A DNA stretch of 64,000 nt from Lingula anatina. Its lineage: Eukaryota; Animalia; Brachiopoda. Under the pieces are notes generated by a model that was not told the origin of the DNA, did no database searches, and saw only the letters and a program-made list of their open reading frames with translations. Location of the stretch: contig CM120641.1 in NCBI GenBank assembly GCA_051362555.1, positions 44,026,401-44,090,400 of the forward strand, read 5' to 3'. The position numbers and the translations under genes are program-made. Positions 23,964 through 36,494 of this stretch are shown in pieces (positions within the stretch are counted from its first letter, which is position 1; the number at the start of each line of letters is the position of its first letter).

Positions 23964-26900
23964 ATCAGATGGTCATGATAAATTTATATAGCAACTTTTT
24001 GGTGTAATTGCTTTTAATCCATTTTTAAAAGAGTTCATCCACATTGTCCAAATAGATAGATAGATAGATAGACCCATATCAATGTCGTTTTGATAGTGCA
24101 TGTCATTCTTGTCCGATATGCAAAGTACAGATTTTAAATTGGCCTCGTTGTGGATTTCAAGTCATTTTTAATTATGAAGACGTACAATTTTTTTTTATTT
24201 GGAGTGCTTGTTATCAAAACGACATATGTCATGCCATATAGTTATCTTTAAAAAAGTATATCACTCTGTCATCCATTCGAAATCAACGACCTTCTTGAAG
24301 TCGTTCAGGGTCACCTCTGACAATCACAATATTTAAAATTTAATCTCTGTTAAGATAATGGTCAGATACGAGGTGGCGTGATAGGGCAAACTGCAGTCTC
24401 TTCTTTGTTCGTTCCAAAGGGGACTCGGACTACAGAACAATTTGTATCAGCGGTGCAAGTTGTGGTGAATATGGCAGCGACTACATGTATTATAAAAATT
24501 ACATTTTGTCGATTTGTTCCTCTAATCTTTTTTTTTTTTTTTGCTGGACTCATCAAAAGCTTTTTCTATTCTGAGGTGGGGGTAGGGTGGTTGACATTTT
24601 AGCGTAAACAAAAACAGGTCAAAACAACGAGATACTCTATTGCAGTTTGTGTTTAAGTAAAACGAATACATGCAGTCTTGTATGATTTTCCCACGGAAAA
24701 GCAAAGACGGATTATGGTGACATTAATTTAATTAATAAGACATTTCATCAAGAGGAAACTGTTTTCTTTATGGTTATATCTATCCATTTTGTTTTGGTTA
24801 CCTTCAAAATGAAATCTTTTACTGGACATGTATAACTTTTTTTGATTACAAGACATCTGATAATTATAGTAAAAGTAACTATTTGTCGCTCATTTTTTCT
24901 TTGCATAAGACCTGCGCTAAATTAGCAGTGCCCTTGCCGAAAAAATAAAGGAGAGGTGCTTAGAATGGGGCTTACATGCAGAAAGACCTGCGAAATCACC
25001 AATATGAAACAAATACCGAATATTTCATTTCGTAATCATCATCATACGTGCCGACATGCACGACCCGCTACTTGATAATAGTGAAGAAATCCTCTCAGCC
25101 AATAAGTTGACAGGGTCCTTCGTGACAGGGTTCTTACACTAAGTTAACAGTCGCAGGGCAGGGCCGGGGGACAACGCTGTAATGTTCAAACAGCTTAAAC
25201 AAGATAAGGGGATGAGACGGGCGTGTCCTTCTGACCAGGCGTGGCTGTTTACGTTAAAATAGCTGATGAGTTATAATTGAGTATCATATCAAACTAACAC
25301 AGTTACAAATCAAAAGCTTGGTGTCTTGCGTATATTGATATTGATAAGTAAGAAGCAGTAAACAAAGTGATATGACATGGTCACAATTTTAAACATTACT
25401 AAACTGTCCCCAGTTGCGAAGGATTCACACGGGCGTGGTAATAATATACATGTCAGTCCTCGCCTATGAATGGAAACAATAATTATGTGCTCTCAGTGTA
25501 GAAAAACGCTATACTTTAAGGTCTCTTATTTCATACTTAAAGTTAATTTCTACAACAGTCTTCTTCCCTTTTCATTTCCGTTTAATTATCAAATAATAAT
25601 AATATTAAATAGACTTGAGGTTCTTTGCAACCTATCTTATTCCATGGAGCATTTAATTATAAACTAAATGTACATGTGAATTACTGACAGCGACATTATC
25701 AGAGCCAGATCCTCCACCTCCCAAAAGACAATAGTAATCCGTTCCCATTAAAGAATTCGATCGAAGTAGGCCTACTGAGGAAGAACCAGCATATAAAGAT
25801 TTGTGTTGTTTTCATTGTCTTTTCCCATTAAACATAAGAAGAAAGAAAGAAGGGGAGGGGAAACAATTTCTTTTTTTATGCAAAGTTTTATATCAAAGTA
25901 TAATAATATATCAAATACCATCTCATTCAAGCTCTGATATTCGGGATTGACAACAGCAGTTTGTATATCGCTATATCGTGTAAATTAATACCCTGCCCAT
26001 TGTTTTTCGGTCTATTTTATTGTGGATAAGAGGAGGTACAAAAAGGTACAAGGACTTTGAGAACTAAAATGTCGACAGCCCATTTTTCTAATGTTGAGAC
26101 GCACCTATTAACCACTAAGCATAAGCAGATACAGATAACCTATTTGTCTCAAGTAAGACACCTGGATCCAGTGTTTATGGTTTACTAATTAATATCATAA
26201 ACTGGCCAAAACACCGGGTCTTTAGGTCAACTGTATTTACACCACGGGTGTGCCAGTAAGAGCTGGAAAAGAAATTCGTTTTAGTGGAGGGGGGGGGGGG
26301 GGGAGAAAAAAAAAGAAAACAACGGAGAATTTTTTTACATTACGCTTTTGTGACCAATATTATCATCGCCGAGTGTACGGTTTGTCGCAAATTAAACCTA
26401 CTTCAATCTCCAATCCCAGGTCCAATCTCAGACTTATTATATACGCACATCGTAAGCCTATACATCGTATGATAGGTCCAAAATCCAATATGTATCAAAG
26501 GAACCCCCTTAACTGACACATTTAAAAACTATTCTCTTTGTAAGATACCACCAACTGGTGCTGTGTGTTAATAGCTTCATGGGCGACACATATTATTTTT
26601 ATCAAGTAATGGTTTCGCATACATTAAGCCTATTATTAAAATCATTCAGAACCCCCAACGTTCAATTGAGCATTCACCCCTCCACCCCCCCCACCCCCCC
26701 CCCCCCCCCCAACCAAGGAAATGGGGTAGGGTTCATTATTGTTATTATTGTTATTATTATTATTATTATTATTTGTTTATTTTCTTTTATTTCCTTATTT
26801 ATTTTTTTGGTTCCGACTATAATTGTTTGCTTTATTTTTTTGAAAGCCCTATATTTTAGGGCCTATCTTTTTAAAAGTGACGTTTTAGAAATATTTTAAA

Positions 26901-27429
26901 CGATCCCTAATATCCTATATTCTGCCATTTTCAAGTCTTTTATCAAAGTTGTTAACAAAGCTTACTAAAATTAAGATAAAAAAGAACAACAAAAAGACAA
27001 TAATCGCATACACGTGAGAAATGCAAAACTGAACGAAGTTAGTGGGGTTGAATGTAAACACAATAGCTCTATGTTAATTGTAGATCCGGGAGAACGCGGC
27101 TAATGCATTGATAAGCGCCAAATTAATGGAAGGCAAATGACTCTTATATCAGTTGTAGTTCTGAAAAAAACTTGTGAATATGTACAAAGGTAATCCAAAA
27201 TCAGCTAACTTAATACTTAAGAGATGCACTCCCTTTCTCCTATGTATTACATGCACACCTGTCGCACCTGTCTCTACTATCGCATCTTCCCCGTCCGTCG
27301 ACTTGTTCGTCTTCGTTATCCGCGATGAATCATTGTTCGTTAAATCTTTTTTAATTGTCTTTTTCATTTATTATTTTATTTTTGTAAAAACACAATATTT
27401 TCGCTGAATGAATTTCGAACAATAAAATT

Positions 27430-27490
27430 AAATTTCTCGCCGGAATTATTCTCACCGGAAGTTCGTTCGTTCATAAACAAGATGGCGCTG
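27430..27490 (+). promoter_or_regulatory. RBM22 proximal promoter with ETS (CCGGAAGT) and YY1-type (AAGATGGCG) motifs
   Basis: CCGGAAGT at ~27454, CCGGAAT at ~27441 and CAAGATGGCG overlapping the start codon, typical of metazoan housekeeping promoters. Confidence 0.5.
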
Positions 27491-30400
27491 TCGAAGAGTG
27501 CAAATACGTATAATAGACAAAATTGGGAAGAAGCGGTAAGTCTTAACTCACAGTTCTTAAGAAAATCACCCAACACAATTCTATATCTAAAGGAAGATAT
27601 TTTGCCGTGTATTGTTCGTGATATTTTGATATTATTCACCTGTAATCAAACAAATTAGACTTCTTTTTTTCGAAAAATAATTGTAGTATACGAAATTGTG
27701 AATCATAATCAGCGTCACACTGGCCCGTGGTAAAGCACTGTTATGGCTGAAGATGTCTTATACTGTGTGGAGCACAATGTTCCGGTCTTTGAATAATGAC
27801 TGGAAAACTAATTAATTTCCCAAGACGATAAAAAGATTTATACAAACAAGGTCGAGTTCTTGATCCACGTGTTGTGTGTTGAACTTTATTTAATACTTTT
27901 CCATTACATTAATTTAGACACACGGTATGCACTTAGTTGGCAGGGATGGTGAGAATGATCGTGATCTATACATAGCCAAAATATTGCTTAAAAAACCTTG
28001 AACACTGACTGTTTTCTCTGCCAATTTTGATGGGCCACTGCCATGGTTGAACTGCCAAATAAACAGTTGAATCCTAACTTCAGACAGTCTACTACGTCAT
28101 TTTGTAGTGCCTGTTAATATGGGAAACATTAACACCATTTTCATGTTTCTCTATTATTTCTTCATTTGCACAGTGGTATATGTAGGCTTATACATACAAA
28201 CATCACAAACATTTTTCACTTTTGGTATTATTAATTGCAGTACTTAATACGCACAAAAAATATGCAAAACACAAACGATATTCATGGTATGTATATGTGA
28301 ACACTGCTCAATGCAATATGTGGCTGCTGTAAACAAGTTTATTAGTTCACTTGATCCTTTGAGCATTGATTGTACATAAATCTTGTTCTTAAGTTGGGTT
28401 GGTAAGTTTATAAATATAGAAGTGTTCATGGCCGTAGGTTGGACTTATAGTCTGATACTTTATGATGTAAAGCTTCCATATTAAGTGACTTAATGTAGAA
28501 CAATATAGTCCTAATAAAAAATAACTGCCCAAAGACTTGTGTATCATGGGATTTTGCGTATTAGAAGTCATGTTTTGATTTTGTCTGTATTGCAGGATTT
28601 TCCTATTTTGTGTCAAACATGCCTAGGTGATAACCCGTACATTAGAATGGTGAGTATGGACTGATTTTATCTGAATATTCTTCTTGATTTAGAGTATAAT
28701 TTTATTTTTACAGTGCAAATTAAGAATATCATATTGAAAGTGTACAACCCAGTCTTAGCTTAATATAAAAATTGTTCCAAATGCCTACCCCGTCCCTTAC
28801 TCCGAGTGACCTTTATCCAAATATATTGTTTATTTTTGTCTCATTTACTTTCATGTATGACAACCTGCTGCATGATTGAATTTGTTTCCTTTCCTTCTTT
28901 TCATATAATATTTGTTTTCAATTATAGACCAAAGAAAAATATGGCAAAGAATGCAAGATCTGTGTGCGGCCATTCACAGTGTTCCGCTGGTGTCCAGGGA
29001 AAGGGGCCAGGTTTAAGAAGACAGAGGTTTGCCAAACTTGTAGTAAACTGAAGAACATATGTCAGACATGCCTACTGGATTTAGAATATGGTAAGATATC
29101 TCCTCATAAGATGCTTTGGCTTATTTGTTCAACAAGTAAATGCTTTAAGTGAAGGGTATTCCATTTTTATGTTCATTCTTTTATCCATTTATTTTTATTT
29201 GGGGTAGTTTGCCTTGAGGTGTTTTTGTGATTTTGTGTCTCGTAATTGCAGGATTGGTACAAGTTAAAAAAGTAAATCTGATGTAATAGAGTGCAAAGCA
29301 TACAGTCGATGTCAGGTATACTTTGTTGATGAGTATTGTGTTTGACTAAAGCCAGGGCTCATTAATGTGTCATGCTTTTTTTTGCTAGATATGCTATGTC
29401 TGGGTCTTATTTTCTTGTCCTGGTAAAATGTGATGGATATACATCATATGTCTTATGTTATAGCAACATAATATGTTTCTATATTCTATGTTATAGGTCT
29501 CCCAGTCCAGGTTAGAGATGCAGCATTAAAATTGCAGGACAGCATGCCCAAGTCTGATGTCAACAAAGAATTCTTTGCACAAAATGCAGAAAGAGATGTA
29601 AGTTTTGGTTCATAAGATGTAAGTTCCCATCAGTAATGAAGAGCAGACCTCTTGTATTGGGGATGTTTGATTGCCAGCATGGCATATAGAATGACAGAGT
29701 TTATGTATATAAATTTATATATATATATTTTTTTAATTTTGAAAGTACAGTAATTATCAATGTCTTAGACCTACAGGACAAACATTGGCAGATTTTCTAT
29801 GTCTCATTTAGTATAATTACTATGGATAACAAAAAGTGAATTAATAAAAAGAAAATATGAACATTTGTCACCATCCATAGTTCCATTATTCTGCCCTTCT
29901 TGTTTTTTAAGCAATATTAAATTTTTAAAACATTAAATCAATTCCTCTAGAGGAATCATGCTGTAATTATACATTTTTGATTAACAATTGAACTGATAAA
30001 AAATAAATCATAAAGGAACACCAAAATTCCTAATGCTATCATAATCTGCATCACAAACAATGATTTACACTTAGATCATCTCTTAATCCATACAGTTAGC
30101 AAACTCGGACAGTTCTGTGGCCTATGGTGCCCTGGGGAAGTCACAGAGTCCCAGTGACATGTTGCTCAAACTGGCCAGGACCACACCCTACTACAAACGT
30201 AACAGGCCTCATATCTGCTCCTTCTGGGTGAAAGGGGAGTGCAAGAGAGGAGAGGAGTGCCCATACAGGTGATAATGGATATTTTTTTTACTTGACTATA
30301 TTGTGAATGAAAATAAATTTGAAGATCATTTTTTCTTGTTAATTTATTAGTTTTTACGTTCAAATGCAAGCATCCTTATAAATAGGTTAATATTTGATTG

Positions 30401-31439
30401 CTTATGTTTTTTATTTAAATTTTTTATAATTATATTCATTTTTTCTTTTTTTACATTTCCCTCTGAAGTGACAAAAGCAGCAGAAACAAAATAGCATTAA
30501 CCATTCTGTGCCATCAACAATAACATTAGAGTTACTGTAATCAAAGCTATGTGTATTGGCGGAAAGTGCTTGAAAAAAATTTGTGTTGAACATCAGGTGT
30601 ACTCATTTGAAATATGTACCATTCCAGACACGAGAAGCCGACTGACCCAGATGACCCTCTGGCTGACCAGAACATCAAGGACAGATTCTATGGTGTCAAT
30701 GATCCGGTGGCTGACAAACTAATCAAGAGATATGCCACAATGCCTAAACTAGAGCCACCTGAGGACAAATCAGTGACCACACTATATGTGGGGAACTTGG
30801 GGGACAAAGTCACAGAGAAAGATTTGAGGTTTGGAAATAATTCTTGTGCTCTGTCGGTATAAGGGGGGTTTGACATTGCCAAGTACACAATTATTATTCA
30901 GTGCAATTTTACTTTCTTTGAAAGATCAAAAAGTAAGCTGTACATCCTTGCAGTCTAGTCTGTATGCAGTCCAGTCTGTTTTATCAGCATCATTTCTAAA
31001 ATCCACTGTTGTGCTGGAATCTTTAAAAAAAAGTAGACATGGTTTAAATTATATTGAATTGCCAACATTCAGACTAATATCTAATTTCATATAATTATTT
31101 AATATCTGAGTTCAACATTTTCACTTAAGACCATAGTGACAATGTCTTATTCTGTTCTCAGGGACCACTTTTACCAGTTTGGTGAGATTCGCTCTGTCAC
31201 AATGGTGAGCAGGCAGCAGTGTGCCTTTGTACAGTTCACGAAGCGCGAGTCCAGCGAGGCCGCAGCAGAGAGCACCTTTAACAAACTCATCATTAACGGC
31301 AGGCGGTTAACAATAAAGTGGGGGAAATCTCAGGGTCAACAGCTGGTGCCGAGGCAGGAGGGAGAGATGGGAGGACAGATGCTGGAGCCTGTACCAGGGC
31401 TACCTGGCGGTAGGTTGAAACGGGAAATTTGTCAAGTAT

Positions 31440-31470
<31 letters not shown>

Positions 31471-34400
31471 TTCTAAAAGTTTAAGGCTCATTTTATACAT
31501 TGGTTACAACTTTTGACCAGCTTTATTTTCTTTAATTTTTTTGGCTTTAAATTTGAGGTTCATTTTTATGTACAGACACAGAAGTGTCTGTACATATTGC
31601 CATCACCTGCGTCTGTCGTCGCCGATGCCGTCGCCGATGCCGTCGCCGATGCCGATGCCGGCGCCGTGCACTTTCCTTGTTAACACGATAAGTGGAGGGC
31701 AGACTTACTTATTGGCTTTATATTTACAGAGCTGATGAATATTCATAAAACACAGGTCAAGTTCGAAAATCAGCATGATCGGGCCATTATTGTAGAAGTT
31801 ATGCTGTTTTTTCACTTTTCAGCATATATGCAACCCTGTTAACACATTTTAAGGAAAACCGATAGGCCTGTTGTCATTAAACTCACAGGAGTAATCAATC
31901 TTACTAAAACGCAGGTCAAGTTCGAAAATCGGCATGATCGGGCCACTATTTTAGTAGTTATGCTGTTTTTTCACTTTTTAGCATATATGCAACATTGTTA
32001 ACACATTTCAAGGAAAACCGATAGGCCTGTTGTCATGAAACTCACATTAGTAATCAATCTTACTAAAATGCAGGTCAAGTTCAAAAATCAGCATAATGGG
32101 GCCATTATTTTATAAGTTATGCTGTTTTTTCACATTTCCTCAAATTCAATTCTTAGGCATGTTAACAGTCTCATTATTTAACTAATAAGATATGTAAATG
32201 TGTTTGTTTGACATTTCCTGCAACTTTACAACATTTGTTAGTTGATTATGTAAAAATGATGGTAAACTTGTTATCATGTATTGTATAATAGAGTTTCAAA
32301 AATGGAAAAAAACTCATATCATTGCAGTTTGTCAGATTAATTCATTCACTATGTTCAGAAACTCGGAATGGAGGAAATTGGACATTAAACACTGTTCTAT
32401 TGATATTTTTCCCATGTCATCAATTTTCTTAGTTGATCATATAAAAATGGCAGTAAACTGTTAATTTTGTTATATGTTAACAATTGTTAAAAATGGAAAA
32501 AAACACATTTCAGGACAGTGCTGTCTTGTTTACATTTTGGCATTTTCAAGGTGTGACTTTGAAGTTACATGGGCCTGAAGACCTTTGCTTGTCACATTTT
32601 CTGAATATCCATGATACTAATATTTTATTATTAAAAATTGATGGTCATTATGCTGTTAAACATTATGTAATATTGCATCAAAATTTGAAGAAACCCCTAT
32701 TTTGGACACTGCTCCCATGATGACCATTTAAGGAAAACCATGTCACTTACTGTTCTCAAACTTACAGGAAAGAAACATGGGACTAAGATACAGTTTAATT
32801 AGGCAATGCAGTCTGTTTGGTAATTCTTTCTGGCAGTTAATCGGTTTTTTGTGAAAATTTAATTTTTCACATATTGGCATTTTCAAGGTGTGACTTAGAA
32901 CCTCCACGGGCTTGAAGACCCATGCTAGTCACATTTTCTGAAAATCCACGATACATATATTTTATTATGTACATATTGCCATCACCTGCATCTGTCGTCG
33001 CAGTCCATGTTGCCGTCGCTGTGCACTTTTATCGTTAACACCATAAGTGGAAGACAGTTTTACTTTTTGGCTTTATATTTACAGAGCTGATGAATATTCA
33101 TAAAATGCAGGTCAAGTTCGTAAATCAACATGATCAAGGCATTATTGTAGAAGTTATGCTGTTTTTTTTTTCACTTTTCAGCATATATGCAACACTGTTA
33201 ATACAATATAAGAAAAACATATAGGCCAGTTGTCATGAAACTCACAGGAGTGGTTAATCTTACTAAAATGCAGGTCAAGTTCGAAAATCGGCATGATCGG
33301 GCCACTATTTTAGTAGTTATGCTGTTTTTTTCACTTTTCAGCATATATACAACACTGTTAACACAATATAAGAAAAACAGATAGGCCAATTGTCATGAAA
33401 CTCACAGGAGTGGTTAATCTTACTAAAACTCAGGTTGAGTTTGAAAATCAGCATAATCGGGCCATTATTTTAGAAGTTATGCTGTTTTTTCACATTTCCT
33501 CAGATTCAATTCTTAGGCATGTTAACAGTTTCATTATTTAATTAATAAGATACGTAAAAGTGTTTGTTTGACATTTCCTGCATCTTTACAACATTGTTGG
33601 TTGATTTTGTAAAAATGATGGTAAACTTGTTATCGTGTATTGTGTAATAAAGTTTCAAAAATGGAAATAAACTCATATCATTGCAGTTTGTCAGATTCAA
33701 TCATTCACTATGTTCAGAATCTCAGAATGGAAGAAATTGGACATTTAACACTGCTCTATTGATTTTTTTCCCATCTCATCAATTTTTTTAGTTGATCATA
33801 TATAAATGGCAGTAAACTGTTAATTTTGTTTTATGTTAAAAATTGTTAAAAATGTGGAAAAAAACATTTCAGAACAGTGCTGTCTTGTTTACATTTTGGC
33901 ATTTTCAAGTTGTGACTTTGAAGTTCCATGGGCCAGAAGACCTTTGCTAGTCACATTTTCTGAATATCCATGATACTAATATTTTATTATTAGAAATTGA
34001 TGGTCATTATGCTGTTAAACATTATGTAATATTGCATCAAAATTTGAAAAAAAAAACTATTTTTGGGCACTGCTACTATGATGACCATTTAAGAAAAACC
34101 ATGTCACTTACTGTTCTCAAACTTACAGGAAAGAAACATGGGACTAAAATATAGCTTCAGTAGGCAATGCAATCTGCCAGTTAAACATTTTTTTGTGAAA
34201 ATTTAATTTTTCACATATTGGCATTTTCAATGTGTGACTTTGAAGTTCCACAGGCTTGAAGACCCATGATAGTCACATTTTCTGAAAATCTATGATAGGT
34301 ATATTTTCTTATTAAAAATTGATTGTCATTATGCTGTAAACCATTATGTAATATTGCATCAGAATAGAAGAAAACACAATTTTGGGTGCTGCTGCCATGA

Positions 34401-36494
34401 TGACCATTATGAGAAAACCATGTTACTTATGATTGCAAAACTTTCAAAAAAGAAATACAGGACTAAAATGCAGCCTGACGTTGGAAAAGCAGTCTAATTG
34501 ACTTCTTTTTCTGGAAGTTTTAAATTTTCAAAGTGTGAACTTGAACTTCCATGGGCCTGAAGCCTTATGCTTGGTACACATTTTACTTACATTGGTATTA
34601 CCTGTTGAGTATAATTAAAATTTGATGATGAATTTGCAGTTTAACATAATGTACTTTTGTATCAGAATTGACAGTAGCCTATTTTGTTATTTCCTGCTTT
34701 TTGTCTGTACATTTGACAGCTTTGCTGCCTTGTTAAGGTAAATTATTGTTGGATACATTTGAATACAAATGCCTAGGATGCAGGGATCTTTTACATGTAA
34801 AAGTGAATTTCTTAAACCATTTGTACAAAAGAATTTAATTTTAAAGTGAAAAATAAGTTTTGTGGAAAATCTTAATTATTTAGTTCATTCTACGATTGAA
34901 AAAAAAAAAAGTGAAAAATGATAAAATAAAAGATTTATGAAAAGGTTAATGAATATTTAAATATAAATTCCCTTTTAGCCCTGCCAATGCCTGGAGAGGA
35001 GTTGTCCAATAACTATTTTAATTTGAATCAACCACCCCCTATGTCTCTGCCAATGCCCCCAAGATCTATGGGACCCAGAGGTCCTCCACCAAGAGGACCC
35101 CCATCTGGTGGACCCCCCAGGGGAATGCCTCCACCCCCACCTGGTAAGTGAACATTGCTTTGATTTATTATATTATTTACCAGATAATTTGCCTAAGAAA
35201 GCTTTAGGTCAGATATTCGTATTTCCATGTCAGTACCACTTACTGTGGAATGTCTTTAAAGATGCATACAAAGTCAATTTTTTGTCACAAAAACCAACCA
35301 AATGCCAGCATATAGTTTCAAGTAGTATAACTAAGAGAATTACCAAAAGGCATTGTTTAATTTTACCCGAAAATGATGTTTGAACAGATTTTTCTGCTGG
35401 CATTCTAAGCTGTATGTCAATGGGGCAGGAAAGGAGGTCATGGAAGTAGGTTAAATTTACAACCAAAAATTTAAAGAAAGGAGCAGTCTAAAGGTCTTTT
35501 ATGGCAGATCGAGTGATCTATTCAGTTTATCCCTTGGCATGTCGAATTTATTTGAGTCACATAAGAATCTAGTAGAAGTGGTTTACATGTGTTACTGGGA
35601 ATCCACGCTCCACCGATGCTCGGTTTGTATGTACCTTTAAATTTCTTAGACATTCTTTATGGGTTTAAAAGGAGAAAGGTCCATCTCCACTGCCTTGGAA
35701 GAAAACTGATTTTTCTAGTGGACTTACGAAAACCACAAAGCATGAACTTCCAGCTCAAGGTTTTAAAGAAATATTTCTGCTAGTTCTATTGAACATCTCA
35801 TTGCCTTTTGGACACTTTAACTTGAATTTGACTTCATTTTTTTTTTTTATGAACAAACATTGAAAAAACATTCTATGACACTGTATCCAGGGGCGGATTT
35901 AGGCCGTCTTCTGGGTCTTCCGGAAGACGGTCAGATTTCCAAGTTTACATTGACGGGTATCCAATTTTTCATGTTGGAAGACGGTCAAAATTGGAGAATG
36001 AATCAACAAAGATAATTTGGAAGACTGTCAGTAAATAGGTCTGGATCCGCCCCTGGTATCATTATGTGTTGTAGCCGCTACTGATACAATCGCCATCCAT
36101 TTTTGTCTATCTTCAAATTGGCAGAGTGACTTCAGTTGGTAAAATACCAGTTTCTTTCAAAAATCTGGCATCTTGTTATATTCTCTTTGTGTAAATATTG
36201 TTGTAATGTTTTATTTTCAAATTTCTGTTTGGTGTCTGTATAATTGCCAGTTCACATGTAATTTTCCCTCCAGGTGTCCGCATGCCGCCCCCACCCCCAG
36301 GGATGTTACCTGTCAGACCCCCACCCATGATGAGGCCCCCAATGTTTATGCCCAGGCACCCGGCTCACATGCCACCCCCGGGGTTGGGACCACCCCCCGG
36401 GCAACTCCAGCAGGCCCCTGCCGTCTCCAGTGCTGTTATCCATTATCCTTCTCAAGATCCATCTAGGATGGGAGCCGTGCCCAAGACACAGTAG
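27482..36494 (+). CDS. RBM22: Pre-mRNA-splicing factor RBM22 (Cwc2/Slt11 family), ~459 aa; exons 27482-27535, 28596-28649, 28928-29090, 29497-29597, 30096-30268, 30628-30828, 31162-31409, 34979-35143, 36274-36494
   Basis: [36 protein letters not shown]; [46 protein letters not shown]; CCCH finger [22 protein letters not shown]; [20 protein letters not shown]; C-terminal [11 protein letters not shown]. Exons sum to 1380 nt. Confidence 0.97.
31567..34600 (+). mobile_element. Helentron-like non-autonomous element with internal ~160-bp tandem repeats, itself duplicated as two ~1.4-kb blocks, in RBM22 intron 7
   Basis: T-run followed by hairpin ATGTACAGACAC-AGAA-GTGTCTGTACAT (31568-31595), then a GC-rich microsatellite (GCCGAT/GCCGTC) and CAGGTCAAGTTC units at 31753/31912/32071. 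The block restarts at ~32967 with units at 33108/33271/33431. The right boundary is approximate and the family assignment is inferred from architecture. Confidence 0.65.
35888..36055. mobile_element. Short MITE with CAGGGGCGGAT terminal inverted repeats in RBM22 intron 8
   Basis: GTATC|CAGGGGCGGATTT ... GGATCCGCCCCTG|GTATC: TIRs with a 5-bp direct flank (or 3-bp TAT if the TIR is extended by one base). A related left end lies at ~62931. Confidence 0.75.
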
